64,000 bases of DNA, from assembly GCA_041640595.1 (NCBI GenBank), contig JBEPZY010000004.1, forward strand, positions 194,373-258,372, read 5' to 3'. This DNA is from Gemmatales bacterium (lineage in GTDB: Bacteria; Planctomycetota; Planctomycetia; Gemmatales; HRBIN36). Every line of letters begins with the position of its first letter. Positions within the stretch are counted from its first letter, which is position 1. The notes under the pieces were generated by a model. That model was not told where the DNA came from and ran no database searches. It saw only the letters and a list, made by a program, of their open reading frames with translations. The position numbers were made by a program, and so were the translations under genes. Positions 27,878-39,731 of the stretch are shown piece by piece.

Positions 27878-30275
27878 TTATTGTCCCAGCCTTGTAAGTA
27901 AATTGCTCTTTAAAATCTGTTGCTGCTGATCTGGGAATATCCGCCGCGGGTAATCCACTCGCCTTGGGTCAAAATCTTTGTCAAAAATGTCTTCTCGACC
28001 GGTTTGCATCGCATTGACGGCGTTTATCCCGACCTTTGGATCGACATGGTCGTCTACGCCAACGGGACTGTTCAATAGGACGTGGACAAGTTCATGGGCC
28101 AGGACTGCTGTATACTTGGGATATTCAATCAGTCTTCCTTCTTCGAAAGCACGACGTTGAGGATCTGTGCTTATGAGTCCAGCCAAGATTATCGAGTTTG
28201 CCAACCTTGGGTTCGACATGCCTTCTTGGGTAAAGGCCTGACCTACCACCGGAAAGCCAAAGACACCTAAGAGAGTAGACCTGAACACATTGACTGTATA
28301 TACATGGACCACTTTGGCGTCTTGCTCGCGGTAGCTTATCAATAGATTATGGAGCTCTCCCGATCCATTTGGTACCATTTTGTTCTGGCTGTCAAATTCA
28401 AAACTCAAATCATCCAACCCGTCCGCGTCATTCAGATTCACCTGCGGGGGCGGTGGCTTGACGTCAGTGCGCTCCCCGATAACGTCTAGTCTAATTCCCA
28501 AAGGAGCCAGAATATATCGTGCTTCTCGTAAATTGGCTTCTGTCCACTGATAGTATATGCCATCAATCGGAGCGGGATGCTGCCAGTTTATGAAGACCGA
28601 CTTCACGCGCAGTGAATATTGGGCGGGAACATCGGCGTCAACCCACCATCTACCCTTGTATATCGCCCGAACCTTCCCCTCCAGCTCCCCGAGAAAAGTT
28701 GGATCTCCTTTCTGGTTGTCTGCGACAGGAATATTCAACAAGTCGTCATCTGGGTGGGCCACTAACAATAGCTCGTCGGACCAGAACTCCCCTTCTGCGT
28801 CTGGTTTTTCTCGTAGAACGATCTCGTTCCCATTATCCAGCAAACGGCCCTCCTTATCGAAAGTCACAATGAGCGCTGTGATCTGGTCGTTTCCTGGACC
28901 CGGTGTTATATTGGCGGCCGGGTCGTTGATGCGGAGGATAAATTTTTTCGGGTCGCGGCGAACATAGTCATTTCTTAGTACGACCTTATCATTAACACGC
29001 TCAAATGCACTCGGCCCTTCCAAACCAGAAAGCTTCAAAGTGTTCGTGCGCGAGTAAAAACTCCACCCGTTCTCGCTCCTCTCATAAGCCGCAAAATACA
29101 TATTTATCGCGCCGCCACCTCCACCGCCACCACCAGCACCGACCTGCAACAGCATGCGTACATGCCAGCTCGCACTATAAGGATATGCCTCGTCCTCATT
29201 GTAAGTGTCGTTGTACGGGGGATAAGGCGGCCTAATCGGAATCCGATCGGTAACAAAATATTCAAAGCTGCCGTCTATACCCTCATAGTCCGCTGGCGGA
29301 CGGAACACCCACGCATTCCACGAGCTGTCAAACTCCCAATGTTCCGAAAGCTGGCCCGTCTTTACTAACTCAAGAGCATCTCCATCCGGATCCCAATCGT
29401 TTTCTAACAGCGTGGCCAGAGTGATAGCCGGCCCCTGGTAATCAGCCGGAATACTATCCCCCAGAAATACTGCGAAAGTTTGCCCCGGCTCTACTATAAA
29501 CCACTCCCCCTGCGCCATCGGCGGATTATTATATACACGAATCGTAACCGTGGCCACATTGCTCCTGTTCACCCCGTCGGTCCATTCGTATGTGAACGTA
29601 TCCGGGCCAACATAACCTGGATTAGGTGCATACACGAAGACCCCGTGCTCTGGGTCCACAAAATCCACTGTTCCATGAGCTGGCCCACTGACCAGTGCAG
29701 CGGTAAGCGAATCCCCATCGGCGTCGTAACCCTCTAACATGCTAGACACGGTTCGGTCGTGCAATACACTGAGGTGAGCATCAAAAGCGACCGGCGATTC
29801 GCCGTTGTGGATTACCAGTGTTACCGTGAGCACCGCGCTTTCGCTTATTCCGTCAGACCAGACATAACTAAAACTGTCAGTCCCGAGGTAGTTCTCTTCT
29901 GCGGTATAAGTAAACGTGCCATCCTGGTGCAGCTCAAGTGTTCCGTGAACCGGCCCCGTATCGAGAATCGCGGCGATGCTGTCACCGTCGGGGGCGTTAC
30001 CGTAGAGCTGGCCACTAAGCACCTGTCCAGCTTGCACATAGAACGTCGCCCCATAACCATAAGGTGCGTTGTTATACACATCTATCGTCACCGTGCCGAT
30101 ATTACTGCCCTCTAAACCATCCGACCAGGTATAGCTGAAACTATCGGGGCCAACATAGTGCGTGTTCGGGGTATAGGTGAAGGTGCCGTCGGGATGGAAT
30201 GTTAGTGTGCCGTTAGTTAGACCGGAGGCAAATTGCGCCGGGAAACGTTGGGTCTTGGCAGTAATGGGACAATCA
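27878..30275 (-). CDS. Orphan cassette: Big_9 stalk repeats, poly-Gly linker and HExxH zinc metallopeptidase domain
   Basis: Frame is open upstream of 30091 (GLTNGTLTFHPDGTFTYTPN) without a real start; GAGGGGGGGA linker; VLAHELVHVLL...DDH...NAM motif. Confidence 0.8.
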
Positions 30276-30506
30276 TGTGATCATAGTCAGGATAGGTGGG
30301 CTGGGACTGGCGGGCAATGCTGTACTCATGAGAGTGCGTGTTAGAACTTGCTAATGAACCGGGGAGCACTGCCATGCATCAACGGCATTTGTTTTGCCTA
30401 TTGTTGTTATAGCTAGAATTGCTATCATTTTATCGTTATACAAATCAGCCGTGTATGTGGCGGCAACTCGTATACCCTGGCAGTCCGATGGGAATCATTG
30501 ACCTGG

Positions 30507-31814
30507 CTAAGATTTACGTGGTGCCGGTGCTGGCTTGGTCGGTTCAGGCGTCGGAGAAGTAGCTGGCGACTCTGGAATCTCTACGGGTAATCGCAACTTG
30601 TCCAGTGGGATAAAAGCATCTTCAGGGACCGCTGCGATATCCCAGACATAACAATTTCCAGCGATGCGGGCAATGACAAATCGGCCGCTGTCAGCAAACT
30701 GGAGGTTATAGAGCGACCAATCTCCCAGCGAAGCCAAACGTGCGGCTACTTTGCGTTTAAGATCGCACATAACAACTTCCCCTTTATATGCAAACACGGC
30801 TCTGTCGGTTTCTCCATCGAAGGCATAGCGATTCAACAATCCATATCCCCACCCGGGTCTGGTCAGAACTTCTGCTATTGGTGGACCCGGTTCGAGCTTC
30901 TCCAGGTCAAGCTTTCTAAAGCATAGAACCAAGCCTTTCATATCTTCGTCCCAATTATTAATTGATGCGAATTGGTAATGGCTTCTGCTCTGGTCAAAAA
31001 CTATTGCATATTTAGAATCCCTGCAAAGGCCAACGTACTGCGTGGATAACAAGTCTTTGGACCATCGCTGCATTTCGCCCGTTTTCTTGTTGTAAGTCAC
31101 AAGAAAAGTGTGCCTGAATGATCCGGAGGTCTGATGTAGTGCTAATACCTCTTGGCCTCGCACAGCCAGACTGCAGACACTATGATAATCTGGAATAAAA
31201 TCATCGGTAACCTTAGTAGATTTGAGAACTGTTTTCCAATCAATTGTGTTGTCCCATAACACTTTGCCGGACTCCAGGTCCAATGCAAAAACCCGTCCGC
31301 CCCTACTGCCACAGTAAGCTATTTTTTCCCCCGCCGGCACCTGCATTGTAATAACATCACCGGGCAAAAAACACATCGCTTCCCGGAGATTAGGGGCACC
31401 ATACTGGGCGATCACATTGCCATCGAGATCAACTACAGCAGCGCAGCCGTTATCGTTTGCCAGAAATACTAACTTCGATTCTTTATCAACATGGATGAGT
31501 ATGTTGTTGCCCAGGGGAGCCAATGGTAAACCTGCCTTGAAACTCAGGCGAAAGGTTTCTTCTTTTGATGGGAGCCGCACAACACGAAGTGAAGCGTGAC
31601 CAGGCATGAATAAAGGGGGTGTGGTTAGAACGGCGATCTCTGCCCCGTTGGGCAGTACACCTATTCCTTGCACACGCTCGGATGAGCCGTTTATGGCCTG
31701 GCCATGGTAGATGCGCAGGCCCGGGTAATTGACGCCGCCTGCGTCGCTGGCTTTGCTGCATCCGCTCAGAACGACACCGAGGCTCAGGAGTATCCCGACG
31801 ACCAGCCTGGGCAT
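30507..31814 (-). CDS. Lipoprotein with a PQQ/WD-like beta-propeller, candidate immunity protein
   Basis: Lipobox LSGC; GSRGGRVFALDLESGKVLW blade; AGGAGA RBS; Pro-rich tail. Confidence 0.85.
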   Translation of the reverse strand: MPRLVVGILLSLGVVLSGCSKASDAGGVNYPGLRIYHGQAINGSSERVQGIGVLPNGAEIAVLTTPPLFMPGHASLRVVRLPSKEETFRLSFKAGLPLAPLGNNILIHVDKESKLVFLANDNGCAAVVDLDGNVIAQYGAPNLREAMCFLPGDVITMQVPAGEKIAYCGSRGGRVFALDLESGKVLWDNTIDWKTVLKSTKVTDDFIPDYHSVCSLAVRGQEVLALHQTSGSFRHTFLVTYNKKTGEMQRWSKDLLSTQYVGLCRDSKYAIVFDQSRSHYQFASINNWDEDMKGLVLCFRKLDLEKLEPGPPIAEVLTRPGWGYGLLNRYAFDGETDRAVFAYKGEVVMCDLKRKVAARLASLGDWSLYNLQFADSGRFVIARIAGNCYVWDIAAVPEDAFIPLDKLRLPVEIPESPATSPTPEPTKPAPAPRKS

Positions 31815-31824
31815 GATACATCTC

Positions 31825-32330
31825 CTATGTTTGGATTACCCGGAAAATCTGCAGCGGCGCAACGGCATGGCTTTCGATTGCAGTGCCATCTCCTTCCAAA
31901 GCCGAGATGGTTCGCCGAGGTGGCCCGTTGTGATCGTATTCGTAGATTCTCGAATGGGCTACTTGCAAATCGTTGGCAGGGCCGTGTTCGAGAGTTACGA
32001 ATGCTTCCCAATTCGGATAACCATCATGGCTCAGGTAGTATGACATTTCCAAGTCATTGGGCGCAGCATTAATTCTGATTATCAAGTGCTTCAAACGCCA
32101 GTCAATGTTAGGAAAATCGGCGCTTGCTAAAGCGGCAAGCCAGGGGTACGACTCGACGAGGGCTGTGTTGGGAGGAGACCTGACCCAGAAGTGAGCCTGA
32201 AATGGATGGAGGCGATGTTCCATTCCTGCCCCGTTCGCAGCTGGCAAAAAACCAAATGGGAGCCTCAGATCAGGCCGGTGTTGTTTTTGACAAGTTGCGA
32301 ATCCGCAAGGCAGTGCAGTTTGAGAGTCCA
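31825..32330 (-). pseudogene. Orphan toxin-like C-terminal fragment (DUF3238-like HDGYP motif)
   Basis: LSHDGYPNWEAF...IYEYDH; 5' part decayed; coupled to the downstream lipoprotein gene. Confidence 0.45.
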
Positions 32331-32508
32331 GAGAAAAGGCGCACATAGACTTGGGCGGTGGGTCGGGAGGTGACAGGTCAGGGGCGAGTCCAGCGTGACA
32401 ATGGTCGGAAAAGCGGGGCCAAGATTCCACCATAGGGGTGACGACAACGAAAACACCCGGGTCGCAGTGGTCGGAAAAGCAGGGCCGGGGGTGGTGTGGA
32501 TGCGGACG

Positions 32509-33366
32509 TTAGTCGTAGGAGGCGGGGAGGCGATCGAGGATGGAACGCAAGGCAGCGACTGCTTTCGGGAAAAGGTCGGGACCAGTTACGCCCCCGGTGG
32601 GTCCACCACCGAGCAGATGCGGTTCGAGAGTAGCAAATCCGCGATAGCCCCGTTGCACGGCATCGGCTAACACTTCGGGAATCCGTCCCTGCCCTTCGCC
32701 TGCGGGACGAGCGTGGGTTTCGCCACGGACCCAGTCTTTGATGTGGAAATGAACCGTCCAGTCGCGGGTCTTGAGCCAGCCTTCCCAGGGATCGTAGCCG
32801 CAAAAAACGTAGTTGGCCGGGTCGTACACCGCTCGGAATTGTGGATGGTTGAGGGTGGTCAGCAAATCCAGGACTCGCTCCGGGGAATCGCCGTAGATGC
32901 GATGTTCGTTTTCGTGGAGCAAGCGAACACCAGCTTTCTCGGCAATATCGAGTTTGCGACGGAACCGGTCGAGTATTTCGCTGCGATAAGGCTGCCAATC
33001 AAAGTTACCCTCGGCCGAAGCGGGCGAGTCCGGGGGATAATAGCTGAAAACGCGAATGTTGCTGGTCTCGAAGACCTTGCAGAGCTCGACCGCGCGTCGG
33101 AAGCGTTGCAAGTGCGGCTCGAAGGGATCGCTGATCTTGACCTTGCCGATAGGTGAACCGATCGCGCTGATGCGAAAGCCGCGAGCGTCGAGTTGCCGCT
33201 TGATTTCGCGCACCTGGTCGTCGGTGAGGTCGAGCACATTGGTTTTCCAGACCGAACGCAGCTCGATGTGCCGAATACCGCAACTTTCCAGCACCGCCAG
33301 TTGCTCTTGCAGGTCGGGAGAAATTTCGTCCGCAAAAGCCGATAGGGTGAAATGTGCATTCGCCAT
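32509..33366 (-). CDS. Sugar phosphate isomerase/epimerase (AP endonuclease 2 TIM barrel)
   Basis: SAFADEIS, LLHENE, YDPAN, HFHIKD and TLEPH motifs. Confidence 0.9.
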   Translation of the reverse strand: MANAHFTLSAFADEISPDLQEQLAVLESCGIRHIELRSVWKTNVLDLTDDQVREIKRQLDARGFRISAIGSPIGKVKISDPFEPHLQRFRRAVELCKVFETSNIRVFSYYPPDSPASAEGNFDWQPYRSEILDRFRRKLDIAEKAGVRLLHENEHRIYGDSPERVLDLLTTLNHPQFRAVYDPANYVFCGYDPWEGWLKTRDWTVHFHIKDWVRGETHARPAGEGQGRIPEVLADAVQRGYRGFATLEPHLLGGGPTGGVTGPDLFPKAVAALRSILDRLPASYD

Positions 33367-33384
33367 AGTCGCCGCTCCTGTTGC

Positions 33385-35751
33385 TTATGCCGTGTGTTCG
33401 TCGCTGATAATCTGCAACGGGGCTTTGGCAACGACGAAAGTTTTCTCTCCGTACTGCGGGAAGCGAATGGTAACCCGCAAGCCTGGCCCGAAACCGCTGA
33501 CGGCACAGACCGAGCCGACACCGTACACCTGATGGCGCACCAGCAGTCCGGGTCGCCAGATCGGCTCGCCAGTGCCGTCGCCGTTGGCACCTGGTCGAGC
33601 GAAGCCTGCGGAAGCCAGGGTTGGCGTGCGGGTCTCGCCTGTCCGGTCGGCAAAGCCTGCGCAAGCTGCTGTGTCGTCGGTATAGTCGTGAATGAGAACG
33701 TGCTCCTGTGGCAATTCGCCCAAAAACGAGCTGGGAACACAGTAGCGGGTTTGCCCCCGGAATAGCCGCAAGCGCGAGCAGGAAAGATGCAGTTCGTCCT
33801 TGGCTCGCGTCATGCCGACAAACAATAGCCGACGCTCTTCCTCGAGTTCCTCCTCATTCTCGCGGGACCGTTCGTGGGGCAGTAAACCTTCCTCCAGGCA
33901 AGGCAGGAACACCACCGGGAACTCGAGTCCCTTGGCAGCATGGAGTGTCATCACCGCCACTGCATCCTGACCTTCCCGAAATCCGTCCACCTCGCTGACC
34001 AGGGCGACGTGCTCTAAAAAGTAAGCCAGCGAATGGTCTCCGGTTTCCTCGGCGAGAGTTTCAGCAGCGGAGATCAGTTCCTCAATGTTAGCCAGGCGTT
34101 CCCGGTCTTCCTCGTCGTTACTTTCCAGAAGTGCCTTGCGGTAGCCGGTGCGTTCGATAACTTCGGTGATAATTTCTGCGGCGGTGAGGTCGGTGAGCTG
34201 CCGCAGTTCGTGAATGAGACGGGCAAACTCCTGGAGCGGAGCGAGCTGACGTGGACGCAATTCCCGAATACGCTCGGCCTCCGCACACGCTTCCAGCAGG
34301 CTCAAACCACGCTGGGCGGCGTATTCCCGTAAGCGTTCCAGTGTCATCTTGCCGACACCGCGAGGCGTGGCTAACAGCGCTCGCTGGAATGATAGATCAT
34401 CTCGCGGATTGACCAGAATCCGCAGGAAAGCCAGTACATCGCGGTTTTCCTTCCGCTCAAAGAAGGCCAGGCCACGCACAATCTGGTACGGGACACGGCG
34501 ACGCAGGAACGCTTCCTCAAAAATGCGGGACAGCGCATTGATGCGCAGAAAGATCGCGAAATCGGAATAACAGCGCCGGCCACTTTGTACCGCCTCGGCA
34601 ATGGTGGCCGCGATAAAGTCCGCTTCCTGATCGCTGCTTGGGAAAAATCGCACCTGCACGGGTAAACCTTCCCGGCGTGTGGTGAACAAACGGCGTGGCT
34701 TGCGGCGACGATTGAAGCTAATCACATGGTCGGCCACATGCAAAATCGGTGCGGCGCTGCGGAAATTCTCGTCCAGATATACCACCGTGCAATTGGGATA
34801 ATCGCGCTCGAAATCGAGGATGTTTTGTATGTCAGCACCACGCCAGCGGTAAATGGACTGGTCAGGATCGCCAACCACGCAAACGTTTGGATAATCACGC
34901 GACAGTTGCTTCAGAATGACATACTGGGCGTGGTTGGTATCCTGATATTCGTCCACGAGGATGTAGCGGAAGCGGGCATCCAGTTCGGCTCGCCAGTCGC
35001 TCAGGTTGGGCGAAAGTAACGCCCGCGCCAGCCAGTAGAGCAGGTCGTCGAAATCCAGGGCGTTCAGTTCACGCATCTTCCGCTCGTAAAGCGGATAAAT
35101 CTCGGCGACCTGGCGGCTGAAATAATCGGCAGCGCGAGCGGCATACTCGACCGGGCCCAGCAGAGCATTCTTGGCCCGGCTGATAGCGGCTTGCAAACTT
35201 TCCACGCTGAACCGAACACTGTCCAGATTCGACCGCTCCAGCACCTCGCGGAGCACTTCTTTGCGATCATCCTGGTCGTAGATGGTAAATTGGCCATTCA
35301 GGCCGAGCCGGTCGGCGTATTGCCGTAATACACGGGCCGCGAAGCTGTGAAAGGTGCTGATCCAGACACCGCACTGCGGCAACAGCTGTTCGATGCGGCG
35401 CTGCATTTCGCGGGCGGCTTTGTTGGTAAAGGTAATGGCCAGAATCTGCCACGGCTTGATACCCTGCGCCAGCAAATGGACAATCCGTCGCGTAATCACT
35501 CGCGTTTTGCCGGAGCCAGGACCGGCAAGGACTAACAGTGGCCCATCCACGTGGGTGACCGCTTGCTTCTGGGCTTCGGTCAAATCCCTCAGGTAGGCTG
35601 GTTCCGATTCGAGAAAAGACTTTCGTGGAAGCATGGCTGGGTGTGGCGGAGCAAGTGCCCCGTTGGCATCGGTAGCTGGCAATTGGGACTCCGCCCCACG
35701 GGGGGTGTTGCATCCTTTCGCTATTTTGCTTGCTTTTCTGGCCATCCTCAT
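33385..35751 (-). CDS. pcrA: ATP-dependent DNA helicase UvrD/PcrA
   Basis: AGPGSGKT, VDEYQDTN, GDPDQSIY, TLHAAKGLEF and EERRLLFVGMTRA; start codon uncertain. Confidence 0.95.
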   Translation of the reverse strand: MRMARKASKIAKGCNTPRGAESQLPATDANGALAPPHPAMLPRKSFLESEPAYLRDLTEAQKQAVTHVDGPLLVLAGPGSGKTRVITRRIVHLLAQGIKPWQILAITFTNKAAREMQRRIEQLLPQCGVWISTFHSFAARVLRQYADRLGLNGQFTIYDQDDRKEVLREVLERSNLDSVRFSVESLQAAISRAKNALLGPVEYAARAADYFSRQVAEIYPLYERKMRELNALDFDDLLYWLARALLSPNLSDWRAELDARFRYILVDEYQDTNHAQYVILKQLSRDYPNVCVVGDPDQSIYRWRGADIQNILDFERDYPNCTVVYLDENFRSAAPILHVADHVISFNRRRKPRRLFTTRREGLPVQVRFFPSSDQEADFIAATIAEAVQSGRRCYSDFAIFLRINALSRIFEEAFLRRRVPYQIVRGLAFFERKENRDVLAFLRILVNPRDDLSFQRALLATPRGVGKMTLERLREYAAQRGLSLLEACAEAERIRELRPRQLAPLQEFARLIHELRQLTDLTAAEIITEVIERTGYRKALLESNDEEDRERLANIEELISAAETLAEETGDHSLAYFLEHVALVSEVDGFREGQDAVAVMTLHAAKGLEFPVVFLPCLEEGLLPHERSRENEEELEEERRLLFVGMTRAKDELHLSCSRLRLFRGQTRYCVPSSFLGELPQEHVLIHDYTDDTAACAGFADRTGETRTPTLASAGFARPGANGDGTGEPIWRPGLLVRHQVYGVGSVCAVSGFGPGLRVTIRFPQYGEKTFVVAKAPLQIISDEHTA

Positions 35752-35888
35752 GCCTCGGTCAAAGAGAATTGCCCCGGCGACTGTGTTGCAGCCCGGGCCA
35801 GGCCAGCCATTCTAGCTGCCCCCTACAAAATTGTCCTCGTCTTTTGGTATATTGACAGAAAGCGATGGCTGGCACAGCAGGCAGGTCC

Positions 35889-36371
35889 ATGAACATTTTC
35901 GGCATCGGCACCGATATCGTCGAATGTGCACGGATCGCCCGTATGCTGGAAAAGCATGGGGAGGTCTTTCTGCGGCGTGTGTTCACAGCGGAGGAGATTG
36001 CCTATTGCCGCCCTCGCAAACGCTTCATCGAGCATTTTGCCGGTCGCTGGGCCGCAAAGGAAGCCGTTTTCAAATCCCTCGGTACTGGCTGGGCAAAAGG
36101 CATGTGCTGGACCGATATTGCCATTACCCATGACCCGCGCGGTCAACCTCACGTTCAGGTTCGCGGGGCAGTCGAAGAATATATGCGAGCCTGCCACATC
36201 AGCACCATTCTCGTGAGTATCTCGCATTGCCGACGATATGCCACGGCCTGTGCGATAGCTTTGCTCGATGCCGCGGTGCAGCTGCCTGCATCAAGTGAAA
36301 TCGCACTCCCTGGTGGTATTGAACAGCAAGCAGGTGCGGCACATTCTTCGCCGATTTCCCGGACTGAGTAA
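35889..36371 (+). CDS. acpS: Holo-[acyl-carrier-protein] synthase
   Basis: GIGTDIVE, FAGRWAAKEAVFKSLGTG and VSISH. Confidence 0.95.
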   Translation: MNIFGIGTDIVECARIARMLEKHGEVFLRRVFTAEEIAYCRPRKRFIEHFAGRWAAKEAVFKSLGTGWAKGMCWTDIAITHDPRGQPHVQVRGAVEEYMRACHISTILVSISHCRRYATACAIALLDAAVQLPASSEIALPGGIEQQAGAAHSSPISRTE

Positions 36372-36388
36372 ATTTCTGAGGTCTGGCC

Positions 36389-39028
36389 ATGATGCTGCTT
36401 TGGAAGCCACGTCAGCTGTGGCCAAGTGGGGCAAGGTTTGGGCTGGTGCTATCGCTGGCCACGAGCCTGATCGTGATGCTGGCTGCGCAAACGCCTGTGG
36501 AGGAAAAGGAGGAGAGCAAGCCACCCAAATTGCGCAGCGATCTGCCCCTGTTGCCGCCGCTGGAGTCGCTGCAAAAGATCGTGGTGCAGCCGCTGGCCGA
36601 GTTATTGCTTGAAGCGGAACGTACCAGTCATCCGGCCGTCCGCGACTTACTGCGTCGGCTCGCTTATCCGCACGACCGGGTCGTGTTACGCAATGGCAGT
36701 GTTTTGCGCGTGGCGCCCCTGGCTCGTCCTTTGGAACAGGAAAAAGCGGCGCAACTGAAATTGCAAGTGATTACTCCCACCGGGCAGCTGGAGACGCAAC
36801 GTGCGGTTGCTCGCGACGAGGTGCTGCGGGTGGAGTATTTCGAGCGGTTTGCGATACAGGAAGTGTTGCAGCTAGGCCAGGAGACGGGTGCCGGTAAATC
36901 GCCTATGAAACAATCGCAGGTGCTGCGTCTGGCGGAGTTTGTCCTGGAACAGCTGCTGGCGTTTCACGGTCAGGGAATACGTGCGGAAGGTTGGGGCGAT
37001 GTTCAGAAGCAGTTGCAGCAGCAACTCAAGCAAACCCGGTTGCAATGTCTGGCGGCTTTGCAGCAGGAGAATCAGTGGCAGGAAGCCACCGCCTGGGCCG
37101 ATCGTCTCCTGGAGGAGTACAAGGGAGATGCGGAAATTGTCGCCCAGTTTCGTCAGCTTGTTGAAACCACCGCGGAACAGGCAATCGCCCGAAAGGATTA
37201 CGTTACGGTTCGGCGGGTCCTCGACCGCTTGAATGCCCGCTTGCCAGGCACTACCAGTCCCGCTCTGGAACGCTACCAGCGTGTCCTGTACGAACACGCT
37301 GAGTCGCACCTCAAACAGGCACAGCAACTGCAGGAAAAAAACGACTGGGTCTCCGCCTGGCTAGCCGGAGCCGAAGCCGCTCGCCTGGCACCGAACTGGG
37401 AGCGCGTGCAATTGTTCCAACGCCAGCTTTTACGCCGTTATCCCTTCCTTATCGTGGCAGTGCCGCAGTTGCCGCACACCACCTGGCCACCGCTGGCTAT
37501 GACCCTGAGCGACCAGATGGCTGTCAGCCTGCTTTACGAATGGCTCATTGAACCGCGTCAACCACCGCTGACCAGCGCAGGATACTGGAGCAGTCCGGGT
37601 TTTGCTCCTTTTCGGCAGCGCGGCTCGTGGTTTTTCAACTGGCCCAGTTACCCTCTGCTTTTCGCCACTTCGTCAGGAGAACGGCTGGCACGCTGGCAGG
37701 ATGTGCAGTTCAGCCTGCATTGTGCAGGCGACCCCCAGCTCCTGCTGTACGAACCCCTGTGGGACAAACGCTGGTCCACCTGGCACACCATCGAACTGTC
37801 CACCGGCCAGTGGCAGGTGCAGATGCCTTTGAGTTGGGGCGACCCGATGCGGCTTTTTTACCTCCCCTTGCTGCCAGCTACCGATGAGAACTCCTCGCAT
37901 CCGGGAGATTCTGGCAAGCAGCTTCCAGCTCCGTTTGTCGCCGGGACTGGCCCTTATGTTCTTGCGGAACGCTCGGATAACCAGTGGGTGTTTCGTGCTC
38001 GTCCCGGCTGGGTCCGACCCCATGCCCAGGAAGGGCCGCTTCTGCGAGAGATTCGCTTCCGCCGTTACACGGATATTCGCCAGGCTCACGAGGACCTGGA
38101 ATGCGGAGCCGTTCACCTGGTGGTCGGTCTGACGGCACGCGATGCCGATACCTTTGCGAACATTCCGCACGCACGCATTGTCTGTCTGCCCAGGCAGGAA
38201 GTTGCTCCCGGCGGTATCGCTTTCAGTCCCCGCGTGGCCATGCTGGCTTTCCATCGCCGCCGGCCCACCGTTCAGTCCGCGCTCCTGCGACAGGCCATCT
38301 CGGCCGCTCTGGATCGGCAAGCGCTCTTACAAACCCATTACCGCGGTCGCGACCCCACCACGTATCGCCTCACGGGAGGCCCGGCACCACTGGCCAGCTG
38401 GGCTTACCATCCCGACTATTCCCCGACGCTGCGTTCGCCTTATCATCCCGCAACCGCCCGCGAGCTTTTCCAGCGTCTTGCCGGGCCGGCTACGGGCAAG
38501 CCCGGTACTTCCGGAGCAAAACCGTCTTCGACCCTGCCCACGCTTTCCCTCTGGTATCCTCAAGAGGAAGCCGCAGTGCATTCCGTAGTCCAGGACATTC
38601 GCAATCAGCTTGCCGCTTACGGATTGAAGTTGGAACTTCGAGCCGCAACCGCTCAGGAAATCCTCGCCGCCTGGAAAACTCCTAACCCGCCTTACGACGT
38701 GCTGTTCTGGATTGCCGAATACCCTGCCGAAGGCATGACACCGTTCCGCTGGCTTAGTCCTGCCCCACCAGGCCAGGCCTGGCCCGACCCCTTCGGGCTT
38801 GCCGATGAGCCTACCGTTGCCCAGCTTCGCCAGCGCTACTGGCAAAGCGATGACCCGGCCAGCTCCCGGAGAACTCTCCACCAGCTTCACGCTCACCTCG
38901 TGGATCAGGCCTGGATTGTCCCGCTCTGGGAAATGGACCGTTTCGTGGTTGTCTGGAAGAATCTTGGTATCCCGTATTTCCACCCGTGCTGGGTTCTCCA
39001 CCACGTCGAATCCTGGACGTGGAACTAA
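36389..39028 (+). CDS. ABC transporter substrate-binding protein (family 5-like) with a helical N-terminal region
   Basis: Signal peptide; GTGPYVL and LRQAISAALDR motifs. Confidence 0.75.
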   Translation: MMLLWKPRQLWPSGARFGLVLSLATSLIVMLAAQTPVEEKEESKPPKLRSDLPLLPPLESLQKIVVQPLAELLLEAERTSHPAVRDLLRRLAYPHDRVVLRNGSVLRVAPLARPLEQEKAAQLKLQVITPTGQLETQRAVARDEVLRVEYFERFAIQEVLQLGQETGAGKSPMKQSQVLRLAEFVLEQLLAFHGQGIRAEGWGDVQKQLQQQLKQTRLQCLAALQQENQWQEATAWADRLLEEYKGDAEIVAQFRQLVETTAEQAIARKDYVTVRRVLDRLNARLPGTTSPALERYQRVLYEHAESHLKQAQQLQEKNDWVSAWLAGAEAARLAPNWERVQLFQRQLLRRYPFLIVAVPQLPHTTWPPLAMTLSDQMAVSLLYEWLIEPRQPPLTSAGYWSSPGFAPFRQRGSWFFNWPSYPLLFATSSGERLARWQDVQFSLHCAGDPQLLLYEPLWDKRWSTWHTIELSTGQWQVQMPLSWGDPMRLFYLPLLPATDENSSHPGDSGKQLPAPFVAGTGPYVLAERSDNQWVFRARPGWVRPHAQEGPLLREIRFRRYTDIRQAHEDLECGAVHLVVGLTARDADTFANIPHARIVCLPRQEVAPGGIAFSPRVAMLAFHRRRPTVQSALLRQAISAALDRQALLQTHYRGRDPTTYRLTGGPAPLASWAYHPDYSPTLRSPYHPATARELFQRLAGPATGKPGTSGAKPSSTLPTLSLWYPQEEAAVHSVVQDIRNQLAAYGLKLELRAATAQEILAAWKTPNPPYDVLFWIAEYPAEGMTPFRWLSPAPPGQAWPDPFGLADEPTVAQLRQRYWQSDDPASSRRTLHQLHAHLVDQAWIVPLWEMDRFVVVWKNLGIPYFHPCWVLHHVESWTWN

Positions 39029-39731
39029 CCACCCAGGCTATTAGCCCGGCAAGCTACCACCGCTCCACCTCGTCGAATCCTAGAGCCGCAATTAACCACC
39101 CCACCACCAGCAACTGATCCGCAGCACTATAAGAATTATTTTAGGCCTCCGCCCCTTGGCGTCGGTGGTACTAACATTGCCCCTATGACAAGCATCCAAC
39201 GCCCCACATCTTACCCTCAAGGGTACTAACATTGCTCTCCGCGAGCACCGCGCACTATAATAAGCGTCCCATACCTCTGCGTCTTACCCCGCTTCGATTC
39301 CCGTTGGCGAGTTAGTCATCCGATTCAAGGGACTACAGCGTCCTAAGTCTCCGCACCCTAACCGGCCTTGATTCACTGACGGTGAAATGTTGGCCGCTAT
39401 CGTAATTGCTACGTCCCCACATATTAACCCACCTTGGTTGCCGCAAAGCCAATCCTTACTGCCACACTTGCTTGCTAACTTCTCGCAGAGTTGCTAACGC
39501 TGCAATGATATAGCTTTGTCGCCCTATTATTAGCGACAACCAACGGTGCAGCATGACTCGCATATTGGGACCACCGCGACGTTCTAATTTGCCGTCATGG
39601 CCTTTGTAAGCCCCGTCACCACGGGTGTTGTGCTTAAGCGTCTGAGCCACATCTTAAGCGTCTGAGCCGCATATTGACAATTGCTAATCGCAAACATGCC
39701 TTCCGACAGGCCGTGCTGTCTGCGCACTTTC

